This document shows, in pieces, positions 41,513-55,056 of a stretch of DNA of 64,000 nucleotides. Location: the NCBI GenBank assembly GCA_051294375.1, contig CM119271.1:614721-678720 (forward strand), in the 5' to 3' direction. Below the pieces are notes generated by a model. It saw only the letters and a program-made list of their open reading frames with translations. It had not been told where the DNA came from and searched no databases. The stretch is from Paraspadella gotoi. Lineage: Eukaryota; Animalia; Chaetognatha. The position numbers and the translations under genes were made by a program. Every line of letters begins with the position of its first letter. Positions within the stretch are counted from its first letter, which is position 1.

Positions 41513-44500
41513 CACGGTTCCTTTTTACATTCGATTTTACTGCTGGGCATGGACGTGCACAAGACATGAGATTGTCCCGGGATACCGTTTCCGGATCCCT
41601 TTGGCCTCACACAAAAAAAGGTAATCAAATTTTTCCTAATGACCATACTTTCCTTTCTTAAATGCTAATATTTTAAAATTAGCTATACTTAAAATCCACA
41701 TATAACAGTAGAGTATAAAAAAAATTCTATAAAAACTGTTTAAATTTTTTTTAAAAAAATGACAAATATCATGCATCATCCCAAATCTATATGAAACAAC
41801 TCTTTTCTTCTGTTTGAGGCATAAACCATATATTCCTCTATCTGTTATAGTTCTATTTGCTAAATTTAATTTCTTCTTTATTAAATAATTTATTAATTTT
41901 TTTTCAAATAATTTAAATTTAAAAAAAATCATAACTATGCCCAAACATGATTTGAAGAAAAAAATTACTTCAATATCTATAAGGCCGCCCCTACTTACCT
42001 AACCGATAACTTCATTACTTCCATAATGAACTTAGATGATGTACATTCATGGTAGTTTATTGTAATGAGATATATTGACATAGAAAAATCATAATTTATC
42101 TTAAAATTTAAATATGATGACATACAATACTATATTCCTACACCTTTGAATCTTTTTTCTTTCAGCATAATAAATCATAATATACATTAATCTGTAATGT
42201 TCATTTGATGCTTTTAATAAGCTACGATTCTGTGTCATTGTTGTATCATTCGTCAATTATTAATACACTTTTTATAATCTTCTTTTTATTTTTACGTAAA
42301 TTACTGACTGCCTACTATTTACTTACTTTTGACAAAATCCCAAAAATTACGGTATTAAAAATTATGTCTGAACAACAGAACGAAAGTTTTTTTTTTTAAA
42401 TCACCATGCTATTTAATTTGGTTTGAACAACTTGATATAATTATTTATCTTGCGACATAAATTTTGAAAAAGTTTTTAAACAATCCTCTAACTAGACATT
42501 TTTTTAAGGGTTGTCAAACTGCTATAACTATTTCGATATTCGGACTGTCTTTGTAGGTTTTAAACTTAATCAGTAGCCTCTTTTATATGACAGAAAAAAA
42601 CACGTTTTTTTATTTCATGGAGTGCGGCATCAACAGTTCTAACAGCATATTAAACATCAGTATATTGTGTTAAGTATAGTTAGATTCCTCTATAGATTTT
42701 TTTTTTTGAAACGTTTTATATATTATTTATCTATTAATAATTTTTTGACACGCAAAACGTTTTTTTGATTACGCGATAATATAATTGTCAAAAAATTAAA
42801 ATACATTTAACAATAGTACCCATAGTTTAGATTCTGTATGTCTAGAATAGGATGAAAAAAAAACCTAGAAACTTGTCTTATAACAAATTTGACTCGGTAA
42901 GTGGAGGTAACTAAGTGCTCCTTACCAACGGCTATCCTCCATGCCTGATCGTTTCTTCTCTACTAATTTTTTAATTTTAATCCATTGAAAGGCGAAAAAA
43001 AAGACAATTCAGTAATTCTATGGTGGCATTACTAAGTGGTAATAGCGAGAAATCTGTTGACATCAGTGACATGATAATAATGACCTTTTATGTCTGCGTA
43101 CAATGGCGGGGCAGTAAACAGAAACCTTAAAACAAAAAGTCAGTCACATGCACACGCTTTTCGGCGAATTTTTTTTTCTCTTAATTAACATCCATGGATG
43201 ATAAATAATTAGAATTAATTCCCTTTATACAAGCCGTTCGTCTATATTTCAAAAGAAAATTATCAATTACAATTCAACCACACATGATGTCTTGCCTTTG
43301 TCAGAAATATGGTCAGCAGTTAACAGTAATTTTTTAAAAATCTTTATTCTATGATAAACAAGCAGGTATATTCAAGCTTTTTCTTGCAGTTAAGATAAGA
43401 AATGAAAAATCGATTATTTTTTTTCACAGACAAGAAAGGCTAGACGTCCAGAGCAGCTGTTTATATCAAGACTGACAAACATTTTCATTATTTATCACTT
43501 ATTATTATATTTAAAAAAACCAGTATTTATCAACAAGCTACTATCAAATTTTTTTGCTTGTTTTGTTACTTTGTAAACTGAAAATTTTAATCGGTAATTA
43601 AAATATAATTTTCAGACTTTCCCTCTTTTTAATTACGACAAAAAGAAAAAACAAAAACATTTTATATTGCCTTTCATTGAAATTCTGCTAATGCACAAAA
43701 ACTGTTATACTTTAACTCGTATTTAAATTAAAAACGCTTTTGTAAAGAGTTTCATGGATTAAGAAATTTCAACAAAACTGTTCTAGAACCAATATGTTCC
43801 CATGATTAGGGCTTACATTTGATACCACCACCCACCTGTGCTTACCTCTTTTTATTTTTCTCAAAATCTATGTCAAGAAACATAACTTTTTTCTATTAAC
43901 CTTTTTTGTGCATCTTTGCATACGTTTTCATTTTAAACAACCTAACTTTTGCCTTTAAAAATGTCTACGTTGGTTGTTTATCTTTTAAATTATATTCCAA
44001 ACTGTTTCCACAGCGACTAACTATTTTATCATCAGTTTCAAACAACATTAAATTAGCATAAGTGAAATTTAAAAAAAAGTTTTCGTCCTGTCTTCATACA
44101 TAATTTAATATACCAATACCATTTATTTGGATCTTTGTGTCGCAAAAAGAAGTAAAATATAGCAGTCATGCCTATTACTAACAAATAAAAAAAGTATAAA
44201 ATCTATTATTAATTAAGCGAGAATGATATCAAACTGTACAAGTAGCTACTTAACAATCGACGCCATCATGAACACATTAATTATAATTATCCGTTCATTA
44301 TGTCTAAAAAAAACGAATTCAAAGTTAAAAATCTTTTACATATTATTTAATTTTATAAGATTATTTACTTTACTATGCAAAACAATCATCTACATAATAA
44401 CTTTACTATGTACTGTATCTGAAAGGCCTATATCTAAGGTAGGTAATGCTCCCATTATAATATATTAAATTTTTCTTCAATCATTTGGGCCATCAGTGTT

Positions 44501-44885
44501 ATAATTTTTTTTAATTTAAATCTATTTTGAAAAAATTAAATCAATATTTTAATAAAGAAAAATTTAATTACAAATAACACGTATTAAAGATAGATACATG
44601 GTTATGGACCTCAAAACGAAAGTAAATTGTTCATAGATTATGCCAGGCAGATGCATGATATTTTTATTTTTTAAAAAAATTTAAACCATTTTTAAATTTT
44701 TATCTACTTTTATTTGATGGTTAGTTATAGCTAATTGTAATATAATTATTAAAAAACTGTCATTAGGAAATAATTTGCATTAACCCTTTTTTGTGTGTAG
44801 CCCAACAGTCCGGCAAACGTATCCCGACATCCTCATCTTGCTGCACTCCATTTCCGAGAAATCGGATGTAAAAAGGGTAACCGTG
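41513..44885. mobile_element. 3.4-kb TIR DNA transposon with CACGG...CCGTG termini (Chapaev/CMC-like), no intact ORF
   Basis: cacggttcctttttacattcgattt / aaatcggatgtaaaaagggtaaccgtg; imperfect TIR extends ~300 bp; absent at the homologous site ~56609. TSD unreadable and transposase not identified. Confidence 0.75.
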
Positions 44886-45064
44886 CATACTGACCGAAAT
44901 GATATTTATAAAATTTTTTATTAATTTTTCAATTTTTGCATACGCCTATATTGTATACATAGTACTTACCATAGAAAATGTCAAAATTTAAATTTTTTTT
45001 TAGATTTGAAAGCAGATTCAAATTCGAATTCGAATTGAATAAGTTGATAAAAAAAATATAAGTT

Positions 45065-45301
45065 TGAAGAGACAGTAATAATTGTTATATGTTAGTGACA
45101 GAACCGTTCAATATAAGCAGTCCCTGAACTTCGGATCAGGCTGTAACACTCGTGTTACAGGCGGGTTAAACGCCCCATCCCTCTTAACTGTTAAGCGGCC
45201 ACCGGACTTAAAACCACGGACCTTTGGGTTGGGAGGCGAATGACTTGCCTCCGGCACCAATGGCCACTGATGAACGGTTAGTGGAGTTTTAGTCCACCAT
45301 A
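45065..45301. mobile_element. 237-bp solo LTR with tRNA-like sequence on the minus strand (Helenus-like), inside a MITE
   Basis: TGAAGAG...CCATA ends, TSD AGTT (45061-45064 / 45302-45305). Minus strand has A-box-like TGGTGCCGGAGG and B-box-like GGTTTTAAGTCC with a tRNA-like spacer gcctcccaacccaaaggtcc. Confidence 0.75.
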
Positions 45302-46742
45302 AGTTTTAATTAAAAATATTTTCATTAATTAAAAAACTCTATTTTTTATACTAAAATAAAATTATAAAGTAATTTTATAACATTTTTTTAGGATTTTGAC
45401 CCACTTAATGAAATAATTTTCTAAAAAGAGTTATATTTCCTTTTTTCAACCTTTAAATTAGTGAGGAATTCGAATCTGCTTTCAAAAATAAGGGAAAAAA
45501 TTTAAAATTTTAACCTTTTCTTGTTTTTAACATTTTCTTTACTATGTATAAATATGGGCTAATCCAAAATTTAAAAATAAGAAATAATTTTTTTTTATTT
45601 CAAAATGTTCACAGGTTTCTTGATCCTGTTCATGATCCACTATTCGAATTTTGATTCTAATTTATTTTAATATTTTTTCTACGCTTCAATGACCATATTA
45701 TTTGATAAGCATATTACCTAATTTTTCTATAATATCCTCGTACTAACTTTTATCAGTTCTGACATTTTGAGGTTGTCCAAAAGCATAGCCTTTAAATCCT
45801 AAATGAGTAAATATTATCACTCCTCATTGTGACCACTTCGTTTCATCTTTTCATGGCGCGTATCTTTATCTGACACAAAAAAAACGTTTTAGCCTCATTT
45901 GTAGCGTTAATGAAGACTGGGCGCTAAGGGTACTGACATCTTATCTCTTCTGGCTCACTGTGAATTTATTTTGTATTATAAGTTAATAACATTTTGGGCA
46001 AATGATAGAATAAACAAAACCAGACTAAAGTTTTTAAGCCCCGCCCCTATTGAATTTAATTTCATAGTAGATTTCTACTGCAAGGACGCAATTGCCATTT
46101 CCTATTGAATTTCTAATTTGGGTATTTTTCTGCGTGGGGTCAGGTGATGAGACTGAAACCCGCTGTTCATCTGTTTCCTCTTCGCAGTCGAATTCAGGGC
46201 TCGAAATTCGAGCTTCTTCACCTTACCTCTTCCTCTTCCCCGTTCCTATGTTTTCGTGTTTTTTTGCTTCTTCTCTTCCTCCTCCTCCTCCACCCTGACG
46301 TCACCGCGCCGCCATGTTTTTTCTCATCCCCTGTCCTCCTCCTCTCCCTTCACTCTCTTCCCTTCTCTCCCTGCGACATGTCGTCGTCGACGATGACGAT
46401 CCCCTTTTATTCCTGACATTATCTCTTCTCGCTCCGAGGCGTCTTGGACGAAAAATGACCAGAGAGACGCCGCCGCCGCCGCCGTCGCCGCTCGCGTCTT
46501 CTCTTGACTTCATGACAGCCGCGATGACCCAGACAGGAAAACTATCTGTCGGCGCACGAGGTGACTACGGACTGTCATCTCGGTCCATCGGTAAAGGACT
46601 GGAATTTATTTTTCTTTTGCGTCGTCGGGAAAATAAAAAAAACTTTTTGGAGGGGATCTTTCGTTTATCGGGGAGAGTATTTTTTCCTCTCCCCCCCCTT
46701 CTTTCCCGATTCTCTCTATCGAGGGACTCCTCTCCTCGGATA

Positions 46743-46900
46743 ATGGCCGACCACTCCAATTCGGCGAGGGCGACGGAGCCTACCAGCCGCCCCATATTTT
46801 AAACGGACCTTTCGACTCCGTTGATGCCACCGGCGCCAGTAAAATGACTACGCAAGAAGCTACACATACCAAAGAGGGCCTACCAGTTCCTCAGCATCCG
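46743..46900 (+). CDS. Candidate first coding exon of an unidentified gene (noisy copy of 58444-58602)
   Basis: ATG after a GC-rich UTR-like region; donor ccg|gtgaga. Confidence 0.45.
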
Positions 46901-47610
46901 GTGAGAAAAATCTGGGTTGGGCCTGCATGCGGGAAAAGAGATGCTTGTGGCTTTCTAACTGGAATGGCTTTTCAATTACCACTTTTTTTCCAAAGAGAAT
47001 GAGTCAACTTTTCAGTCGCAAAAGAATTGCACTGATTGCCAGAATTGAAAAAAAAAAACCATTAAAACAATGTATGTATCATGACATATTTTCTTAAACT
47101 TAATGATAGCTGGATTTAATGTGATAGGGTTTTATTTAAAATAACGAGTTGACTTTATCGACGAAATGAGTCATGTCGCCATTTTGATAGCTGCTCATGA
47201 ACAATTAAGGTGGCAACGGCGGATAGAGAGGATGAGAAGAAAATCATTGAAATTAATCTCAAAAACTTCAAAACGGTAAAGAAAAAACCGTGTATAACAA
47301 AGATTCAATTATTTAGAATTATGAAAAAACCGGCGATCATGGAATTTAATACGTTCTGCAGACTTATGGGAAAATGAAGAGAAAGAAAATAAAAAAACAA
47401 AGTTCGTTTCTTTATGGAGAAAAGAAAAATTAGGACCGTGACAGTGATTCAGTAGTGCATACGTTCTGGAGGCTTATGGGAAAATAAAGATGGAAAAAAA
47501 AACTTGTTCCTTTACGGAAAAGAAAAATTAAGACCGTGACAATGATCATCTCAAAAAATTTTTTTTTTCAAAATATATTTTATTAACCTTATGTATAAAC
47601 CTTTTTTTTT

Positions 47611-48681
47611 AGTTGGATTTGCTTATCAGCAGATTCCGACTCTATAATTCACTTTGTCGCGTCCATCGGTCCACCCCCTAATCTTGTCGGGCATTAACTT
47701 AAATCATGTCAGGACATCAAATTATGATAAATTATGCAAAAAAATGTTCGTCCGTCTGTCTTTCTGTCTGTCCGTCCCCCTGTTGGACATAAACTTAGCA
47801 AAAAACTCCAATAATGAATTTTGAATGAAATTTTGTGTGTGATTAAGCTGGATATAAAGTTTTGATGGAATCGTTGCGAGTGGAAATGAGTTTAAATGAA
47901 AAAAATATAGTCACATTTTCTTGAATCTTTTTACTAATTTTAACCCTAATTACACTAATTAATAATAATTAGATGGATAGATTTAGATGAAATTTTGTGT
48001 GTGGGTGGGAAAGGTGTGACGAACCTGGATATAAAGTTTCGATGAAATCGTGCAAGTGAAATTAGTTTAAATAGAATAAAATATAAGTCACATTTTCTTG
48101 AATATTTTTATTAATTTTAACACAAATTATTTATAATTGGATGGATAGAATGAGATGAAATTTGTGTGTTGGTAGGAAAAGTGTGTGATTGAGCAGAATA
48201 TAAAGTTTAGATGGAATCAAGGAGTGGAAATGAGTTTGCATGAAGAAAACCAAAGTCAAGTTGACTTGAAATTTTATTATTTATGCTTACTCCTAAATGT
48301 TTTTTAATTAGTTTATAATTTATTAAATTTTAAAAAATGGTGCCAGTTGAAAAAAATATGCTAATTGAAAAATGATGCAAGTAAAAAAAATTATGCAAGT
48401 GGAAATGCGTGCGAGTTGAAAAAAAAATTATGCTTGTGAAAAGATGTATCAAGTTGAAAAAAAATAGAAGTTGAAAAAAAAATTATAGTTAAAAAAATTA
48501 TTTGTTTCTATCATAGTAACAGTTCAGTTTAATCCCTTGCAAGCGATTTACCTGTATATGCTCAGCCATTGGTTTGGTATTGATCACGAATTTAAAGAAT
48601 TATCGTCATTTATCATCTGATTAGCTGATTACGCCTAATTATCGTAGGCAGATCTGTTCATTGTTTGCTCTCAAACTTGTT
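47611..48681 (-). mobile_element. Complete HINE (family of 11009-12020)
   Basis: Reverse complement of both termini, (GTCY)n tract, ~150-bp repeats, T-run insertion site. Confidence 0.8.
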
Positions 48682-48877
48682 GTTCCATTCTTTACGGGAA
48701 AAAAAAAATAGGACCGTGCCAATGTTCTGAAATACGCTTATTTATCGAATATTATTATTATTTTTCTTTCCAAAATATATTTTATAAAACTTTGTATTAA
48801 GCCTTTCTTTTTGTTGTTTGTGAATTTAAGAGAAACAAAAGCTTTGCATAGTAACAAACAAAGCTTTTATTAAAATA

Positions 48878-48927
48878 AAAATCGGACAGGTTTTCGACTC
48901 GTAGATTTCGAGTCTTCATCAGCGTTT
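48878..48927 (-). ncRNA. Minimal hammerhead ribozyme, second sequence type (noisy duplicate of 60584-60631)
   Basis: Minus strand: aaacg-CTGATGA-a-gactcg(aaatcta)cgagtc-GAAA(a)-cctg-TC-cgattt. Confidence 0.72.
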
Positions 48928-49224
48928 GTTACCATCAAAACTTTATCTCTCTTGAATATATTTTTATTATCAATTTTATTGCTCTTATATTTTAACTATT
49001 TTATTTAAATTGAGTTGATTTTTTTTCGTTTTGTGTATTAGTAATTTCCTTTTGTGAAAGGCTTACGTTTAGGCTAAAACATTTTCTGTTTTATATTTTT
49101 AAAAGTAAATATTTTTAAATGCCTAAAAAATTGTTTTTGCCTTCAAATATTGTTTCAAAATTTAATTTCCATATACTTAAGCTGAGACTAAGTTTTAAAC
49201 ATATTTAACCTTAACTTAGCCTTA

Positions 49225-49406
49225 ACCCTAACTATGCTCGCCCTCTAGCCTTAACCCTAACTTATGCCTCTCGCCCTAACTTATGCCTCGCCCTAACTTA
49301 TGCCTCGCCCTTAACTTCATAGCCTCGCCCTAAACTATGCCTCGCCCTAACTTATGCCTCGCCCTAACTTTATGCCTCGCCCTAACTTATCCTCGCCCTT
49401 AACTTA
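49225..49406. repeat. 17-bp tandem repeat ccctaacttatgcctcg (noisy copy)
   Basis: Tandem units; cleaner copy at 60957-61136. Confidence 0.9.
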
Positions 49407-52083
49407 TAATATAACATATACCATATAATAACAATAACAGCAAATATTTAAAAAAAATATATCTGAATTCCTTTAAATTTTTCTTTCGGGGAAATTATCC
49501 TCTTCTATCCCCATGCTTTTCCATTTAATTTATCAAGAAAACCTTGCTCTGCATTATCCCATAGACCTCCAGAACGTATTAATATGTATACCATTATACT
49601 ATTAATAATCTCCATTCTCCAGGAATGACAAAAAACCATTTAAAGCTAAACATATTTAATTTATATTATGAAAAAATATTATATTTACTTAATGTCGCAG
49701 TTCATGTTTTATCATCAATTTTTCACTATGAAATTGGTTACAACCATTTAAAAATTATCTATTTAATATATAAGCTATCTTGCTCCTGACTTGGACATGC
49801 TTTTGGTGTTAAGGCCTCCATCATTCTTACAAGATTATGACATAGCAGGTCCCTGCAAGGCTTTCTATTCAAGACTCTCTCACAGTCTCGTTTATTTACT
49901 ACCATAGTTCCTGACTTCCCTATCAATGAAGTGGTATAATGTTAAAAAAATGTTTCAATTGTTATGAAAAGATCTTTCCCTTAAGTATTAGATAGTATTA
50001 TTTTAATAATTTAAAACGTATTTTAACCCAAAGTCTTAACTCCCCCAACCTTATTTTCACCCTTAAGGCTAAACCTCAATTACTTTTTAGTCCCACTTTG
50101 CTTTTTAATCCTTAACTTTCCCGCCAATCTTAGTTAATAATTACCTTTTCAATCGAAAACAATTTAGTTTAGAAACCGTTTCCCTATGTTAGTGTTAATA
50201 TATTAATAATGATAAAGCAAAAAAAAAAATAACCATCAATATTAAAAAATGTTGAATATCTTTGAATTTTTTCTTAAGTGAAACCGAACAGAATGCCCCC
50301 CTTGGCGGTGTAACTAACCCCTAGATTGGTGTTTTCATGGGTTTGGAAGTTTTTTTTCTTGGTTTCTTTGCTACCGAAGGTTTGACCTACTTATCACTTT
50401 TTTTTCAATAGCTTTTTCCGTTCCAGGACTATAACAAGTGACCATTGCTGTTTGGGTTCAGAGCTGGGTTCAGAGATCAGTTTCCTTGTTTACCGTTTTC
50501 TTTTCTCAACTTTTTTCAATGAAAAACAGTAAGGGTTGAACGTTTGAAAACGGTTTAATTATCAACTGTTAGCCTTTAAGTAGTAACATACTTTTTAGAA
50601 CGCATTTCATATTTTAATATTTAAAAATGTTATAAAAAATCGATTCTAGGATCCCAAGTCTCTATATTTTTAGATTTTTTGTCCCGCTTTTAAATGATTC
50701 CGTACCAAATGTAGTATACATGGTGGACAGATTTACAAAGCGCCGGTTAGAAATAACGCTTGTTTCATTTGCAAACCAGTGGTTATTTCAATTTATTTTA
50801 AAAAATTAGTGAGTAGAACATATTAAAGTCATTTATGTGTTCAAAATTTTATATTGATCAGTTAAAATATGCCTTGGCATGACGTGGAGAAAAGTGGGCT
50901 GTAAATATCGGGTCTTTCATTTTCCAAACTCACTGTTTTTAAATTCATTTTTTTTTTAACTTTTAGCTCTTTTTTAAACAAAAGTATCTTATTAGATATT
51001 AACATATTAATATTCCTCAGAAGCCCTTAAAAAAAAATGAAGAGAATGGATATTACTTACGAAAGCTCTAACATATAAATTAAGCTGCCCAGCTTTTGGT
51101 TCAATTAAGAGAGTCAAAAGTATCTAAAATTTCAATCATTTTTTTAAAATATTATGACCTTAATTAATTTATTATAACATAAATATTATCTATTTATATA
51201 AGCTATAATGAAAGAGCCTGAAAAAAGGAGATTTAAGATAGCCACATACACAATTTTTTATAAAAAATCTTTAAATTTACCCTCCACTATTGATATTGAA
51301 AAGATGTTTTGTTTTGGTATCTAATTAAATAAAGCTGGGCCGGTTAAATTTTATACCTACAGTATTTTGCAAGTTATGTCATTCTCTTTAGAATTGAAAG
51401 AGCCTGTTCCAAAGTCAGGGCAAGAATAGCTTATTTATTAAATGAATTGAAATTTTTATATTGGTGTTGTACCAATTTTCATAAAATTCAAGCTCCTTTG
51501 TATTCTTGATGGCAAGTGCGAAGTACAATAAGTATTCTCCGAATCTAATACTGGGAAGGAGTCTTTTCAATACAATTTGAAACATTCTTTTGTAAAATAT
51601 TATACCACTTCATTGACTAGGGAAAGCCCAGGTTACTCTGGGAGTAATAACACGAGACTGAGAGAGTCTGATTGAAAGCTTGCAGCGACCTGCTATGTCA
51701 TATCTTGTTAAGAGGATGAAGGCTTTAAACCACCAAAAGCCCGTCCCAAAGTCAGGGGCAGGAGAGCTTATCTAATAAATGGAATAATTTTTATGGTTGT
51801 AGCCAAATTTCATAAACGTTTATGCTTTATTTTTAACATTTGGGGTAAAGAGATCATGCTGAGGATGCTGTCGCGGAAATTAAAAAGCTACAGCGGCGAA
51901 ATTGCCGATTCTGTTTTCTATAATATATTTGCGGATGCTACTGTACAGTGATTGAAATTCGATTGTTCAATCAAAACGCGAAATCTGTTACTAAATTTTA
52001 TCTTTCATATTCTTACTATGTAGGCGAACGTTTTCTGCTTAACCTAAATAGGCGATCAAACCTACATTATACTAATTATATAG

Positions 52084-55056
52084 ATTCAAAGCCCACACGA
52101 CAATGCCGCTGCCGGCAAGAGCAAGGGAACCCGTTTTGGAGATTGTCAAATCGTCAGTGTCCTAATCTCGGTACACAACGAAGACCAAGAGTGTGGACGA
52201 GTCTGTGAGGAGACTAGCAACAACACCGAGGACTTGACGTCGGAAAAACCGGTGGAGAAAATTCCGAGCTAACGAATTAGAAGAGAGAACGAGCCTTCGG
52301 CCGGACGGTCTCGCCCAAACCGGTGGACGATTCCTCTAGTGGCATAGTTTCGTATGCGCCACTGACGCCACACGAACCGGCTCGAGCTCGCATCAGCCCT
52401 TGACGCTCGTCCGACGCCTACGAGCAGTCAGGGGAACCAGAACTCCTCGTTCGCCCTCCTTCCCTGAATCAGCGGCAACGTCCTCGACGGTGAGTCCAAG
52501 GCTTCACGTCGCGGCGTTCAACACGGGACGACAGTCGCGACGCCTGTCTGGAACAGGTCGTCTCTCACGTCCCTGTTCTCTCTCTGGAAATACCGCGGCA
52601 GCGTCTATAAACGAAGGGACGAACGTCGGCGTTGAGAATTGGAACCCACTTCGGCACGTGGACAAGTCGAATGCCGCCGTTCGCCCGCGCCCTCAGCGAC
52701 CGAGACCCCCGCTAAATCTGGATTATCAACGAGCGGCGTTCTCAGGCAGCTCCGGGACGCATGGTGATGAAACCCGTACCCACAGTTCCAAACGGTATTG
52801 GTGCCACCTCGGGAGCCGAATTTTTGCAGCAACTCGGACTCCTCTTTGGAAGTCGAGCGTCTCCAGATTTAGGGTCGTCAAAATTCACAGCGAAAAAAAG
52901 ATAGGAGAGGAAGATGGCATGTCAGGTAAGAAGATTTATAATTAAGCATAAGCCAGTCCGGATATGGACCTTATATTTCTGTAATTATTATTAGATTATA
53001 CGATAGCGTCTTCGGACAAATCTGGCTTCTCACAGGACGCCGACGTTAAGAGAGCGTCGGCGGAGAGGCGGCGTCCGGAATACTCGATGCCGGCCGCCTC
53101 CTCCGTTCCACTACATCCACGGCGAAAATCCTATGCCTCGGAAAATCCTCTCGTCAAGATCATGGCCGAGAATCCGCCACGAAGTACATAACCTACTATC
53201 TCTGACTACCTTAGGTTTGTCAAGTTTTATATCTCTTAATAAGTAATTTAAAATATGCTAATATCTGAAAGGTCAAAACATAAATATCCTATAGTTTCAA
53301 CTAGACCAACACTAAACTTCTCTTTCATTCTACCTTGTATGATAAGGCGGGCCCAAAATTGATCACTTTTTTAATTAGTGTTGGACATCAAACTCTCGTT
53401 GTAATCCGTTTCGAACTTTATTTTACTTTTGTAAAAAGCTGTTTAAAATACAAACAAACGATTATTTTGAAAACACAGTATAACATTGAATGCATTAAAA
53501 TATTTATCAAATGCATAGGCAATGAATTTTTTTAACAAAAAATTTTTTTTTACGCCGATTCAGATGCCAAAAAAAAGTTGTTGTACACAAAAGTACAATG
53601 CGGGTTTTTCCAATAATTCGAGGATAAGTGGGTCAAAATAAGGTAAAAAACCCTTAAAATCAATCAACCATCATACTATAATTTTTAGTTTTTGTTAATT
53701 TTAACCAATAAAACTATAAAAAAATTTGGTAATCTTGTAATAATATTTTTTTATTTTATTTTTTCATTCTGAATTTTGAAAAAAAAATTTGATTAATACG
53801 ATAAACTTTAAATGCTTTTATGTTTAATTTGATTATACGAATAACTTTAAATCTTTAATTTTAAACTATCATAAATCTTTTTAAAAATTTCATTAACCCA
53901 ACTAGGTGCTCTTAGTTTTTTACCTTGTTCCGCCTTATTGTAATAATTGTTAGCTAAGGCTATCTATTAAGCTTTAATAATTTAATTAAATATAAATTTA
54001 AACATTTTATTAATGTACAAAAAAAATATCCAACGTTGTTAGAACAAGAAATTTTAGCAATTTTCATTTCCGCGTACGTAGATGTTAGAAACACGTGCCG
54101 TTTCAAAGTCTCGTCTTTCCCTTAACATTTTTAGATTCGGCAGAAAATTTTCTGGGTCATCCCGCAACCTTCGATCCAAAGGGTGCGTTCGGTTTTCAAA
54201 TGCCTCGGAAAACGTTTTCGCTGGAGATCAATCCGCTTTTACAGGTTTTTTCATTTACTTACAATGTCATAGAGAAATATTTGAAGAACATTTTGAAGAA
54301 CTTCTTTTTTAAAATTTTCAATTTTCATTATTCTTGATCAATTCAGCATAGTCACAAGCATCACTTCAGAGCTAGTCAATCAAACCGTTGGCACGCCTCC
54401 TCCAGCGAAACACAAAGTTTGCCCCCTTCCGCGCATCAGACGACGCCTCCCAGTCCTTATAAGCCTAGATACGTCCCAGTCAGAAGTGCCCCTCCAACCC
54501 CGATTCATGTGATTTTGCCATTAAAGGTATGCATTTTTCACTTTGGCATTGTTTTAAATGTAATCAAGCGAAATGCGGCTTTTCTATAGATTCCGGTTTA
54601 CATCATTTTTTTAATAAATTCCTTTTAAATAGCTGATTTACAATTTTAATTTCCACATTCGAAACATATCATCCTAATTCTTATCATTTCTCTTTGACGT
54701 GCGCGCAGATTTCTCAGTCGGTTTCGACGAACCTCCCTACGTGACCCCCGGAACATCCAAGGCACGTCCCCGAACCTCAAACATCAATCACCACCGAGTA
54801 GGGTTAGCGCACGGGCGCGCCACCTACCTCATGATTCGAACGACTCGCTACCAACACGCATCCACCCTAACTTTAACTCGAACTCGTCCTCGCAGCACAC
54901 CCTCAACGAGGTCGACGATCCTAGTCAAGGCCGGCATCCGTTTACGAGTCGGACAAAGGGGGCGTCTCCGCGATACGTCATCGGCGTCTGCGTATCCGGC
55001 AGCCCGGACCCGGATCTTTGTCGCGGACCCAAACTTGGCTTCGGAGCCGCCGCTGG
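52084..55056 (+). CDS. Probable internal exons of an unidentified Ser/Pro/Arg-rich protein (approx. 52084-52925, 52995-53214, ~54350-54526, 54709-55056), frameshifted by read errors
   Basis: GC-rich islands bounded by tag|, |gtaag, ttag|, |gtttg, |gtatg and gcag|; no recognisable domain. Confidence 0.55.

Larger units (their letters stand above)
39950..51590 (+). repeat. Block duplicated at 55057-64000+ (noisier copy)
   Basis: Colinear identity except for two TE presence/absence differences. Confidence 0.9.

Noticed and set aside
44000-44036. Minus-strand CTGATGA...GAAA
   Set aside because: The intervening sequence cannot form stem II and there is no UH/stem I.
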